Positions 37,385 through 50,899 of a DNA stretch of 64,000 bases are shown here, piece by piece. Position numbers and translations under genes: made by a program. The notes beneath the pieces were generated by a model that was not told the origin of the DNA, searched no databases, and saw only the letters and a list, made by a program, of their open reading frames with translations. Origin of the DNA: Blasia pusilla (Eukaryota); assembly GCA_050084515.1 (NCBI GenBank), contig CM114271.1:15872001-15936000 (forward strand). The letters run 5' to 3'. Position 1 is the first letter of the stretch, and every line of letters starts with the position of its first letter.

Positions 37385-38543
37385 GGCCCACCCATAACCC
37401 CTGGCACGCACGGCCCGCAACAAGCCCGTGCGGAAGCTTGACGGCCCGCATGCAAGCCCACGCCCTAGCCCGCATAGCGGCTCCTAGGCCCCCAAATAGC
37501 CTGCACTATGGGCCATATGTGGGCTTTGGGCCCCGCACCCTATATATGCGGGCTTCAGGCTCCAAGGCTTGCGCAGAGCCTGCACTACAGGCCTTGGATC
37601 CCGAGCGCAGGCTCTACGCAGGTTGTGAGCCCGCGGTGCGGGCCATGCATGGGCTCCACCGCCAGTGCCCTAGCCCGTAACTAGCCCGCACGCGGGCTCA
37701 AAGACCCTAAACCCTGCCCGCACCCTAGCCCGCGGCAAAGCCCATAGGATGGCTCCAAATCCGGCATAGCCCATAGGCTGGCTCCAAAGCCAGCATGCGA
37801 GCCCGCGTCGTAGCTTGCATGAGGGCTCCTAGTCCCGCAACCTAGCCCGCAATGAGCCCGCAACTAGCCCGCATGTGGGATCCCAGGCACGCAAGTGGCC
37901 CACAATCAGCCTGGACGCGAGCTTCAGGGCCCGCACCCTAGCCCGCATACCGGCTCCTAGGCCAGTTTAACGCGTGCCTAGCCCCATATCGGCTCCAGGC
38001 CATAAGCGACCCGACGCTTGGTGGCGGGCCATCCGCGGGCTCCAAGGCCCGCGTAGAGCCCGCACTACGTGCCTTAGAGCCCGCAGTACGGGCCATGCGC
38101 AGGCTCCACGGTCCGTGCCCTAGCCCGCATGCGAGCCCGCACCGTAGCCCAGGGAGCCCACGACATGGCCCATAGGTGAGCTCCAAAGCCCACAAGAAGC
38201 CTGCGCGCGGGCTTGGCGGCCCATGGCATAGCCCGCAGGCGGTCTCTAAGGCCCGCAACAAGCCCGCGCGCAGGCTTAAAGGCCCGCATGCAAGCCCGCG
38301 TGTGGGCTCCTAGGCCCGCAAGCAGTCGGCACGTCGTGCCTGCTTGCTACTTGCGTTGCAACTGAAGCCTGCACCTTGGCCCGCACCTTTCATCAGAGCT
38401 CGCACCGATGGCGCGCAAGTGGAGCCCGTGCGGTCGATCTGGGCGCCTGAAAAACCCATGCACACGCCCGATGTTCCATGACCATGGTCATGTCCGGACA
38501 TGTCCGTCCCATGGACGGACACGTCCGTTTCCATGCAACCTTG
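37385..38543. repeat. GC-rich hAT subterminal repeats
   Basis: Numerous AGCCCGC/GCGGGC motifs; GGACATGTCC palindromes just inside both TIRs (~17121, ~38496). Confidence 0.8.
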
Positions 38544-39329
38544 GGGGGGGGAGGGGGCTGCCGTAAAAAATACAACAAAAGAAGGAAAGTGCTACAATTT
38601 CAAGTTGAGTCTACGGTGGTAGTTGATACTATTCCAACTATTCCAAATATTGAGAGTTTGACTATTGGAAGTCCATTCATAAGGTCATATTCACACTGCC
38701 ATTTTGATGGTTGTTTTCTGTATATCTTCAATCATAACCCTTCAACATTCATGTTTCTGTTGTATCCATTCCTTACTCTATTATTTATGTGGGCTTATTA
38801 GAGTTACTCTCATTTCTCATACCTTCCAATGAGGATGGAGTTATGGTAGAAGCAAATCATGAAGACCTTCAGACAAAGAAGAGGAATTTAGTCTGAATAA
38901 AGATACACTTAATATGGTACAAGTTGCCACTTATCTATCACCAAGAGTTGAGCTACCCGAAAATGCACTTCATGAAGTTATTTAGAACTCAACCAACTAC
39001 TTATGTAGCACCAAGAGTTGAGCTACCTACAACTTTCTCTATTTTGGATGAGCTATTCTTGCCTTTACGCACTCCCCAATGTTAAGGATGGTATAACCTC
39101 AAGGGTAGATCGTGTGTCTTCTTCAATTAATGGAGTTTTCTTACCAGCACAAAGTGCCACTATACCAAATGCTTCTAAAATCCGTCCTTTCCCTATTGTT
39201 GATAAGATTATTAGAATAAAGACATTACTTAATGTTTCAAGGAGACCGAACTTCAAAGAAAGTGATATTAGAAAGTTCCAATTAGAAAAGAGTTTAAATC
39301 GTACCACACGTTGTCATACAATGGGTTGT

Positions 39330-41760
39330 ATGATGGAAACATGCCCCTCATATCGTGCTTTGCAATGGAAATGTGAAATCATAAGAGATAATGAGTTTTG
39401 TGACTCACCATTTAGTATGTGTTGTCATAATGGGAGAATAAATTTTCCGCTCTTGAAATCATTGAATTCATGAGTGCCCCTACAAGTCTTCATTTTCTAA
39501 CTTATCCTTAAGCTTACAAATCTATACTTCAACTAGCATAGTCTATACTTCAACTAGCGACTATGACTTGTTGTCATATAAATGCGCAAGCCGGTGGCAT
39601 TGGTCACTTCATGGTCTAATGTGGGATATATCACTCTATTGGATCCTTAAATCAGGTTATAGGGGGTCATCCCCAATTTGCTAAACTCTACGTTCATGAT
39701 ATTACAAATGAATCATAAAATTATGAAAGAGTGATGTATAGATCTTCTCATCTTAATATAAGCATCTTGAAAGGGCTACAAGATATGTTACACAAATCCA
39801 ACTTGGATGTGAACATTTGTTTTCATGTGGCATATGAAGCAAGTGACCTTAATATGTGTATCATCCTTAAGGAAAGTAAGAGAGGTCTTGGTGTAAAACT
39901 TTACAACTGACCAGTTGCTTCTAAAATTACTTCTCTTTTACTACATAATGGAAGTGAGCACGTTGATCATCATGATACAATACTAGGACTGCATGGAGAA
40001 AGAGTGTGGCGTATAGCCAACCTCAATGAAGCATACATTCTATTACACTTTTTTTTTTTTGTCTATGGGAAAGTGGGTTGGCATCTCGAAATACCTATCG
40101 GGAGAATCCAAGGTCATACAATATCACAATATCCAAGAAATTTTAATCATGGGGAGGAGGGAGATATTGAACCTTTGGATGATATTGCATGCATTAGGAT
40201 AGAGTTTATGGTGATGTTATTGAGGAGAGGAGGACAAATAGTGTTTTAGTCTCGCAAATTGCGTGTTTTTTATCATTACTTCAAACACATATTGGGGGAA
40301 AAGATAATCATTTATTACTTTGATTTGGTCGACTTTCTCAAGAATATATGGTTGACTTCTATGCTATTGTAGAGATACAAAAATTATCATGTTGTTAAGG
40401 GAAGAATTATACAAGATATAAGGAATATTATATATGTATTGACATGATAAGGATGGATGGAGATTTGTGAGATGTATTGTATGACCTTCTTCTTTTATTG
40501 GAGGCTCACATCATATGCATCAGCTGTATGGGGATGGAATGGCAATTATGAGATATTGGGAGAAGTTTGATCAATTTTTCACCATAATGAGCAATCCTAA
40601 GTTGGAGGAGATTACATCAGCCCTCTTTCCCGTCAATCAGGCGCAGACCACCCAAATTTGGTTGTAAGGGTTTCTTAGAAGAAAAAAAGGAGTCGTTCAA
40701 ACTTCTCATCAACAAGTATTTATGGGATCCAATTTCAGGATGCATTCATTTAGTGGAATTCCAAAAGAGGGGTCTTTTCTATGTGTACGTAATTATTTCA
40801 TCTGTTGAACAAGGTTGCACGGAAATGGACAAGTTTGTCCCTAGGACATGCCTCCCAATTACCTGCATCTGAGCCCACCCCTCAGCCCTCCAAGCATGTA
40901 GCATAGACCCGGATTGGCCAAGCCTGCATTGGTTTTGTGGCCCGCACAGCTCACGGTAGGCCCGCAACCATACCTGGCCCACAGGGCGGGCTGGCTCAAG
41001 TCCCGCATGGCGGGCCCAAGACTTGCTTAGGACCATGATCCTGCAATGTGTTGGCCGTGAGTGACCCTAAGCCCGCCCAATGGGTGCCCAATCTATCTTG
41101 CGGACCAAAAAATCAGTGCGGGCTCGGGTAGCCTAAATCTACGCTATGCACTCAAGGGCGGGCCGCAAGTACTCGGACCCGCACAAACAGGTCCGTCTTG
41201 AGGAAAAACATAAGTCTGTAGACATGGAATTTTCTCGTGTGGAACCGTGCTTATGAGGATAAACCATCTATCACTTTTGATTACGATCAAATTATTTCAA
41301 TAGAAATCCATAATCAGTCTACCCATCATGGCAAGGCTTTACTCTACTATTGCTAACAACATGTTTCATGGGCTATGTAAACCATTAAATCCATATGTTC
41401 CATGTATAGATAAGGAAACAAAAAAATGTACAAAAGGCTATCTAAATTTTTTTGTAACCAACACTATAGAGATGGAAGATGATTACCCAATCTATCATAT
41501 ATAAGAATCTTTCTATCTTGGAAAATCTTTACTTATTCCATGACGTATGAGATGATGTATTCATGAATTCTTATTTTATGTTTTTAGATTGGAAAATGGG
41601 AGAGCAATAAGGAAGCGCAAAAATTCATTAGATAATCATTGTGTAGTGCCATGTAATCCTATGTTGCACACTCTCTTGATTGTCATGTTAATTTTGAGAT
41701 CATAAGTTGTGTTTCTACAATCAAGTACTTGTATAAATATGTATATAAGGGATCTGATGC
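39330..41760 (+). pseudogene. Helitron Rep domain remnant
   Basis: MCCHNGRI; NPK.EEI; EFQKRGL-FYVY (degenerate HUH, ~40757-40790); VVPCNP; KYLYKYVYKG (~41724-41752). Confidence 0.8.
40810..41249. mobile_element. Non-autonomous hAT derivative (MITE-like, ~440 bp)
   Basis: Starts CAAGGTTGCACGGAAA (same TIR as 17066/38543), ends ...GGAACCGTG; GCCCGC-rich interior; flanks CTGTTGAA/CTTATGAG match only 5/8. Confidence 0.7.
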
Positions 41761-41774
41761 ATTATCATTTAAGA

Positions 41775-44230
41775 TGTCAAAAGATATGGGTACATCAAAC
41801 CTATATCCACAAACATGCTACATGTGCAAGGAGCCTACACTCGTCACTATCGCTACACCCATCTAGCCTAAGCTCTACCCCATACCCAACACCCTCAATG
41901 ACACGAGACAAGTGCAGGAAAAGCGACTCAAATGGATAGCATGAACATACCCGCCCTCAATCTACTCCACGGTCAACATTGACTCTCTCCTTAAACAACA
42001 TGTTGACCCTCACGTCAATGGATGCGGATTGCTCATCGGCATCGGTACGTGAGTATCCACCTCTAGCATTATGTCAAAAACTCTTGATGTAGATCACCCA
42101 TCTCACCCCAATGGGCACGAGGCTAGTGAGTCACCCTTCATCAATGACTCCCACCACACAAAAATCCTGTCGTAAATTGCAATGCTCGTTGTGAAACACC
42201 AAGTCGTGAAAATATCTCCTACTAACCACGTTGGCTTCCAAACCACATACAACTTGACTATGTAGATGCCTTACCACATCGATCGCTAGCCACGTCCAAT
42301 GCCCAAGACCACGTAGGCACTCACCTAACCATGGCGTTGCTCAACTATGTAGTTATCACGGCTACTATGTTCCTCCACAATGGCACTGCTCCCCATGCAA
42401 GCGCCCCCCTATACTTGTTTGCCTTAAGCTTACACAACCTCCTTATGACCTCCGTGGCTTGGCTCCCTATGGAACCGTGAACCCCCTCCCTACCTAACTT
42501 GACGCGCATTGCACTCAAAACTCCTGGTTTCTCTCCAAGTCACTTTGTCCTCCGAGCTTAGCCTCTACAGCTTCACTACCTCTAACCACCCTTTTTACTC
42601 CTCTCGCACTTGCTCCTGAGTGTGCCTGCCTTTCTCGCACCTTCTTGGGCATGGTTCTCTATGGAGACCCGTAGCCCCCAACTTCCTCTCTTGCCACTCT
42701 ATATCTTGGCGCTTCACCCTCCTCCAAGGAGCAATATGTCTCCCTATGAAGGGCCCCTCCCTACCTTATGCGCCCGTTACCTCCACCCCATAGCTACTTT
42801 GTGCCTTCAAGCTCTCCAAGCTCCCATCTGTGCATCTAACTCCCAAACTTCTCAACTAGTGCCTCACTATCGTCCATTTGACCTTAGGGCTTGCCGCCCT
42901 ATGCGACTGGCCCTTGCTGTCCAAACCACCTTCTCGCTCCATTGTGAGGCCTTCCATGTGCTAAACTCCCTAGCACGCGGCCCTATGGAGGGCTCTCCCT
43001 CCCTCTCTCAGAGCCATAATGGCTCGCTTCTCCATCTACTTGCTCCCAACTCCCAAACCTCCTACCGTCCCTAACCCCGACTCCTTTCCCTTACCTTCAT
43101 TAACTCTCCAACCTCCGTTCGTGGCACACCCTATGCGGCCATGGCCACACTTGCCCCCTGCCATGTCTCCTTCCTCTATTAACGCTCTTCCCCTTCCTTC
43201 TTTCCTCACGCCCATGGCTCCCTATGGAGCCCCCACCTTGGCCGTGCTCCAACCTCCCACCACGATTGCACTCCTTCTAGCAGCTTCCATGTTGTCCTCG
43301 TGAGTGCAGCCCTCTACACACACACACACACACACGCGCGTAAAAGAGGTGCTTTTAAGGCCCAACCTGAGAAAGATGGCTTGGGAAAGTCATTTTTCTC
43401 CCTTATGTTGGGAAGAGTCTTCTGGCTCTTCCCCTAAAAATAGCCATCCCCCTAGTAACCTACGTGCATAGGATACCAAGGAACCCTTAAACCTTATCAA
43501 AAAGTCACGTGGCTATCAAAGACTAAAATAGGAAAATATTCAAAAATTACATTCCCGACACAACGGACCTATCCTCAACCTCATCTGACACCTTAGGAAG
43601 AAGTTAAACCACGGAACACTCCGGCCACTAACTCTCTCTATTGTCGACTCGGTAGAACTTTACCTGTCAAAAAACTAAGATGTGACTCACCCCAAAGTGT
43701 GGTTTAGATCCCAATCATTCATGAGACCCTCCCCTTACTAGTTTTTCTCGGGTTCTCCACCCTCCCCCTATCTTTGAGAAATGAATCTAGATCTCGAACC
43801 GCTCCTTTTGGCCTCTAACCCAACTCTTTGTAGAGTCTTTAGTAGATAGTTTCTCAACCTCTGTTTGTTTGTTTGCTAAGATCTTTCGTGCGTTGGGACC
43901 AACTTTGCATAAGATTTGTAACGCCACCTTATTTATCCCAATTTCATCTGAGGTCTGAAAGTTATGGTCCAAAATATGTTAAAATCCCAAACATTAGTCT
44001 CCTTCCAAGTCCGATTCTCACCTAGACTCGAATCCTCTCAAGTCTCGGTTTATGTTTGGTTTAGGTTTCTATAGTCGTAAACATTAACACTTGAAACACT
44101 CAACCTTGTTTGCGTCTCATCTCTTGTATCACCTTCAAGAGACCTCTTCGATGCGCAACCATCCTAGTGTGAGCCCACTAGAGTTCTGATGTTCCTCCTT
44201 CGTGCATGTTTGGTGATGAGGGTTATGACA
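41775..44230 (-). mobile_element. LTR-related insertion within the Helitron
   Basis: TGTCA...TGACA ends; 43800-44230 is similar to the right end of the 1-kb LTRs at 12259 and 59153; pyrimidine-rich interior; no TSD match. Confidence 0.55.
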
Positions 44231-44279
44231 GGAATAAGAGCTATTATATAATACGGAGGAATTGTATGAATAAGTATAA

Positions 44280-45930
44280 TTGGGAGAAGCGAGTTTTAAT
44301 GAAGGACAACGTGTTATTTGAGATGTTTTACATGATAAGCGTGATCAAATATGCTTGAATGCTCCACCATCTTCAAAAATATTTTTCATTGATGGTCTTG
44401 GTGGCATAGGAAAGACATTCTTACAATTCTCTCCTTGCAAGTGTAAAGACTCCAAGAGGTATAGCTTTGGCTGTAGCATCATTTGGAATAGCTACTCTAT
44501 TGTTAGATGGAGAACATACCACATATTCATTCTTCAAGATCCCCATCAACCTCCATGAGAGTTCTACTTGCAAGTAATTATCTTCTATACTTAATGTCCA
44601 ATTTTAATCATACATAAATATTAATATCTCTAAGTATTGCAACTTTTAATTTATTTGTATTTGTTGTTTGTAGTTTATTGATCAATTGTGATGAGCGCGC
44701 TTAATCTGAATTGTGATGCTCATTATATGGGATGAAGCACCTATGGCTCATCATCATGGATTTGAGGCAAGAATTGCACTTTACAATGAATTACGATAGT
44801 GGTTTCTAATGAACTATGGAAAATACCATTTGGTGGAAAACTCATGGTATTTGGTGATAACTTTCATCAAGTCTTGTCTATTTTTGGTTATGGGGACCGT
44901 CAAAAAATCATCCTAGTCACTATAAGAAGGTCATTTCTATGGTCTTATGTAAAGATGATGAAGTTGATGACAAACATGCGAGTCTTCAAAGGTTGGAAGG
45001 TCATTTGTGTGCCAAACAAGAAGCTTTTGCTTACTTGTCATTGGAGGTGGGAAAGTGTTGTATACCTTTGCATCCTTATTTTGGAGAAGATTTTATACGA
45101 TTACCATTGAAATGGTTAGTAAGAATAATAAAATATTTGATCTTTTTTATATTATCTATGAAAATTCTTCCAATCAATTCCATAAGATTGACTTCTTGAG
45201 AGACACAACTATTTTGTCACCGTGAAATTAAGATATTAATGACATAAATGCAAACATATGTCATGAATTCCTACACGTGTAATACTTATTTTGTAGATTT
45301 CTTAAGAAACTACTTTTTTGAGATTTAGATATCAATAATTTCATTGCATTAATTCACGATATATTGGGTATATGAACACATATACCTTAGTGTCGACTAT
45401 ATTCCAAATAAGGGGATTAGCCATATATATCCGACGAAATTTCTGAACACATGATTGCCTTTTAGGCTACCTCCATATTATTTTTGTTTGAAGATTGATC
45501 CACCAATCATGCTCTTATGAAAAATGAATGGGTAATAGGGACAAGCAAACAAGACTAGAATGGTAATTTGTGGATTTATATGCAACACTACATAGATGTT
45601 GAAATTATTATGGAAAAGAATATTGGAGAGCAAGTTTCTATTCCACACATTTCATTGATTTCATGTGACTCCGGTTAGCCATTTGAGCTACATACGTTTC
45701 AATTTCCTATTCGTCTAGCTTTTGCAATTACCATTAATAAGTCTCAAGGTCAAGCTTGCAAAAAATAGGAATTTACTTGCCTTCTCTTGTATTCTCTCAT
45801 GGCCAAATGTATGTAGCATTATCTAGAGTAGGAAATAGGAGTTCCATCCACACTACAATTGGAAGTAATGAGCACTCAAATGAGGAAGATGACTACATGC
45901 AAAATGCAATATATAAAGAAATACTTTATC
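44280..45930 (+). pseudogene. Helitron PIF1-like helicase remnant
   Basis: FFIDGLGGIGKTF (Walker A), IWDEAPM, FGGKLMVFGDNFHQVL, QFPIRLAFAITINKSQGQ, GIYLPSLVFSHGQMYVALSRV. Confidence 0.9.
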
Positions 45931-46079
45931 TTCTTTGTAATTTTATCGGTGCATCTCAAGGGTACCTTACTAGTCTTTATTGCTTGCTCGCAATAAAGGT
46001 TCTATATACTTGAAGCATAGAGCCTTTATCTAAAAAGGGGAGCTAGGAGAGGAGAATAGTTAAGAAATTCATTCAGAAT

Positions 46080-46500
46080 TAAGTCTTAGACTTGGTGGAC
46101 GCTTTGGGTTTGCCCTTCCCCTCACGTGTCTTGCTCGCCAAATTTTCCTACATCCACTCTTCGTACAATTGGATTCACATCAAAACCATTTTTGTTGTTT
46201 ATTCTCTCTTGTAGGCTAAGCGTCTCCATAGCTTTGTAGTGTGCTCAAGCTAATGGGCTTTTGCGGCATGCTCAAGCTCTGGGAGACGTTGGCACTAAAG
46301 GCCTATGTAGTGATAGTCATGCCTCTCTAGATTTATGGTTTAGAATTTTTCTCTGCTATTGGTAAGTTCAGCCGGTTGGACGTACATATGCCCCCTTTTT
46401 TGCTAGTTGTGACCTTCATGTTCTTGACTCTTTTGATTCCCTTTTTTTGTGAGTTGCCCTTTTTCTACTCTTTTAGTCCCTTTTTTCTAATTCCCAATAA
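46080..46500 (+). mobile_element. Short 3' fragment of a CRE-like non-LTR element
   Basis: RLSVSIAL*CAQANGLLRHAQALG (~46213-46283) parallels RKCISVALQRAQALALIHG at the end of the 50.9-54.3 kb element; T-rich tail follows. Confidence 0.55.
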
Positions 46501-49500
46501 GTTCCTCTATCACCCTTTTTAGGACCCGGTCTCATGCGGCCGTGGTTGCCTAGCCCCAACCCCATGGTTCCGGATCACCAAGATCTAACGCATGGAATGC
46601 ACGTACACTAATGGAACCCTGAATCGGAGTCGTGTTGCTAGAAAGCACAGCGTAAGCCTTTGCAACTTTGCCACCGCCCATTTTCAATTATCAAGATAGA
46701 ACAACTACAAAATTCTTCCGGTTGTTGTTCGACAGGACCAACGACCCTACGGTAGTGAGTGGGCAAGGAGGGAGTCCATAGGACAATGGGATTGGATGCC
46801 CTTCTCTTTATTCTGCCTTGATTTCAACCGCATCTACAACGTACCGCGATATTTTGGGTTTGGATCAAGACCAGAATCACCATCCCTCACAATGTCTTGA
46901 CATGGTGACCCACCACGTTGACTACATTGTTGAGGTCATATTTTGGATCGATGCTTTGAAGTACCATTACAACCTTTATTGTTTGTGGTTTGTTTCCATT
47001 CATTGATGGATGGTAGATGGATGGTAGTTTGGAGTATGAGCTCACGTCAATGGCAATGATTGTTGTTCATTTTAGGGTTAGTTTTATTTCCATTCAATTT
47101 CATAGTGTATGTGCGCAAGTGGATGAACATTACTTTAAGAAGTTGTAGAGGTTCGGCCTTGCTACTACCTTTCTTGGATCCATAGTTGTATACTTCAATC
47201 TTTATATGCCCACAAGTAGAACGATCCTACTTTGTACAACATGATCTTCATAATCCGATACGCAATATCTTACTTCCTCATAATCTATGCCTATCCCTAC
47301 CATTTATTCCTTTCATAAGCCTACCATGTGGAATATAAGACTTACACCTTCTTCTTCTTCTTCTTCTTCTTCTTCCTAAAAATTCCTTTTCCGCATTTAT
47401 TCATGTTGTTCTCTTTCTCTAAATATTATTCTAATTTCCTTCTTGAAAAATTTACATTGTCCACCATTATCGCTCACAAGAGCAATATTATTATTATATG
47501 CTTATCCAGTCTTTGTATAATGCACATCATCTCATCTATTGTTACTTTTAATTTGACCCATCTTTATCATCACATTCTATTTGTATGTTGGTAACCACTT
47601 CATATTTTCCTAATTGTAAGCACTCAGGCGGGATTCATTTATTAAGTTAGTAATGTTATGACCGTTTTGGAATGGTATTTTTATTGCATTAATCTCTCCT
47701 TGTATTACTTGTATTAATGACCAACCACTTGGACGTAATGCACCAAAGCATATCTCTCACCTAAACCGCTTCGTAAAATGAACTTAGTATGCTTCCCAAA
47801 AACACATTCTCATTTAGGCTTCCGCATATCAAAAGCAATTGTTTTCTTTTCCTCACTCTTAGTGGTGAGTGTCTTCTGTGTTCATATTGTCAGTAGTTGT
47901 TGCTACGTACGAACTGCGCTGATTAAGGGTAAGAGCATGGCCAACTTTGAGTATTGTATTGTTTCTATGGTCTGTAAGCAGCGCACTATACATTAACTCC
48001 ACCAATAGGACTTTGCCTTTTGCCCCCACTGGTATTGTAGACCACCCTAGTGTCATGATCCATCCAATCTTTCCAATCTGTATTGATTGTTTTCATTACC
48101 AACGTTCTTAAACCTGCAACCATACCATATCTTTTGTATTGAGAGAGAGCATGCTTTTATATCATGTGTACATGGGGCTTATGTTGCAATATTGTGTGTT
48201 CCCAATTATATTATGCTCAACCTTCAATTTGGTACTTCATTGTGTTCATTATCAAAACGGTTGCTTCTAATTTTACATGCTATGTCATGAGTTTTTCTTT
48301 CCACTTCTCCAACCACTTTTCTTTCACCAACAAAAAGATAGAGAGACTTCTAATCTATGAGACATAGGTCTATACACATTTACCCTTTACCATCCTTGCC
48401 CTCCAATCACACATATACTTTAGTCAGTACCGTTAGGCTGAGTTATAAGCATACTTACCTTCATGTGTCATGTTCTCCATTATCATGGTCTTCTTGCCAT
48501 TGTCCATTGTCTCCATTCCCCTCATTATCTCCGTTCCTCCATCCACATAATAAACATATTTTCTAATTTTTCCCGTCTAACTTGTTGAAGTGTATGCACT
48601 TGATTGTTGTAGTAGTGAGGTTGTTATCATTTTATTGTAATAATCTTGAATGCTGCATAATTTCTGCATTCAACCAATAAATTTATCACTAATTAAATGT
48701 TTAACTTGGCACAAGTAATTCTAGGTTCATGTATAAATTCCAATATGATGCTGAAGTTTTACTTTCTGTAATCCACATTTGACACTTTCAGATCAAGGTT
48801 TCTTTTATGATGAATGTATATTTTGTGTCAGATTACAAAGGAAAATTTCTTAAACCATTTATTTCCATCAACATTTGAGCCATGTCTTCTACTAATGAGG
48901 TGTGGTAAGCAAAATTCATTTTATAGATATTTGTTTTTATTTCTTCCATTCACTAATTTGTAATGTCTCAACCTAAGATTTGTTCTATGTTGTAAGTATA
49001 TAAATATTGAGTGAAGGATTTTATACTATATTCATTACATGAACTCATTGACAATTTTGCAGGAACATAGAATGCACATACCACGTTTGGGTCGTGCAAG
49101 AGTCATGAGACCATTCACACCATCATAGGCTGGAAGATCCAACATGCCTCATTCCACTGCGCGTTTTCCTGACCAGAGCTCATCTACATGAAACGATAGT
49201 GACCTACAAAAAGCAATTGCTGCAAGTGTTGACAGTCTTCATGTTGACAACCACAACCTCCACAGACAGCTTATGCTACTTCAAGAGAAAGATGAGATTT
49301 ACAACTCAAGCCAACTTGAGAAGGAACGTGAAAATCACCGCAATCAAGTGGATCAACATGAGGCTTTTATACACCATCATCAAGGATTCCTCCTAGGTGC
49401 TATGTTCTTCACGTTGCGTGTAGAACAATTATGCAGTGCTAGCTTTAATAACTACCTTCAAGTCCTGGTTTGACCACTAATACTTAAATGATAGAACACA

Positions 49501-50899
49501 AAAATATTCGCTAGCTCCATTTTATTGAAACATTGAGCATGTTTTTTTATCTTCATCTCTTTGCCAATCAGAATTTCTACCAATGTTCCCATGCAACATG
49601 TGCATTAACTCTATTGCATTCTGCTAGTGTTTTATGCTCATTTAATGGTGAAAAATAAATAATATTTATTACTTATGAAGTTCCAAAATGTCATCCTCAC
49701 ATTTCATACGCCATTCCCTATGCCTGACAAACTTAACATATATTTCAAAAATTCATCACGTATTTCACAAACATTTTCATTCTCTTTGTCTTCAATGCAT
49801 TAAAAACAAATTAATCCTGCAAAAGGCCTACTTAATCTTGGTTTATGACACTTGGGGCAACCAATAACCTTCTATTCTCCCGAACTGATATATACACAAA
49901 TTTTAAAGTACACCTAACATTAACACATAAAAAGCCATGTTAGTTATGAAACTATTGCCAACCTAATTTTGAATGATCAATTCAAATGGGCGGAGGACTA
50001 TGGAGGAGGACTTTGGCGGAGGAGATGGACAGACGTCAAGAATTTTGCTTGTAACTATTTCTATGGTGATCCAATTTTTTCAATCTAAGGCCCAACGTGT
50101 TCATCTTCTCAAGCTTGAACTTTGGGGGATTTTTTTTTTACTTAAGATTTAGTTTTTTCAAAGTTTTTGGGATCTTTGGACCTCCTTCTCTCCTAAATGT
50201 GCTCATAGATTCCTAAACGCAATTTCACACATATCACTCTCCTTATAGAGTGACATTGGCTTACCATTATTTTAAAGGATTCCTCTTGCTTTTCTCGCTC
50301 TTTTGATACGGGTTGGGCCCAACATTACAAAATCATTCCCTCATAGCAGTCATTGGTGGATGGCTCACTTTCTCCTCACATCCTCTTTTTTTGGCGTTTC
50401 CAATTTCTTTCATAATTTTCTCTTGGAGTCTCGATTTTGGACGTGTTTGGTCTTGTTTCGATCGTCTTGACAAGCTCGTTCTTTTCATACCAAGTAGGTT
50501 TTCTAGTCTTTCTTCTTTCTCCGTAGGTGCCTATTTTTGTGTACGGATTTGTTTTAGGATAATTCCTCCCAAACGTCTCCCTTGCTCTTTCAACTCTTTA
50601 CCTTATTATTTCTCCCCCACATACATTTGCTATCTCCTTAAGGACATTAGAAATTCGTATTCTTGAGCCACTTCTTCTCATACCATATAGATCACTTTTC
50701 CTTTTTAATTGCTTTTTATATTTTTCTTATAGTAATTTTCAATCATAAATTATGTATTGCCTAATCTTATTCTCTCGATCTAAATTTCTTTTCGACACAT
50801 TCCACTACTTTTGTTTTGCTCGTTACTCTCATGTTGTCTCCAAACCACGTTTCATATGTCTTCCCTTGTCTTTGATGACTTTTCTACTTTTGCTTCTAT

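Larger units (their letters stand above)
17066..38543 (-). mobile_element. hAT DNA transposon, expanded to 21.5 kb by nested insertions
   Basis: TIR CAAGGTTGCA at 17066 and its perfect reverse complement TGCAACCTTG ending at 38543; 8-bp GGGGGGGG on both flanks (17058-17065, 38544-38551); GC-rich AGCCCGC subterminal motifs at both ends; hAT transposase fragments inside. Confidence 0.88.

Noticed and set aside
37438-38578. Overlapping Ala/Arg/Gly-rich ORFs
   Set aside because: By-product of GC-rich hAT subterminal repeats lacking stop codons.
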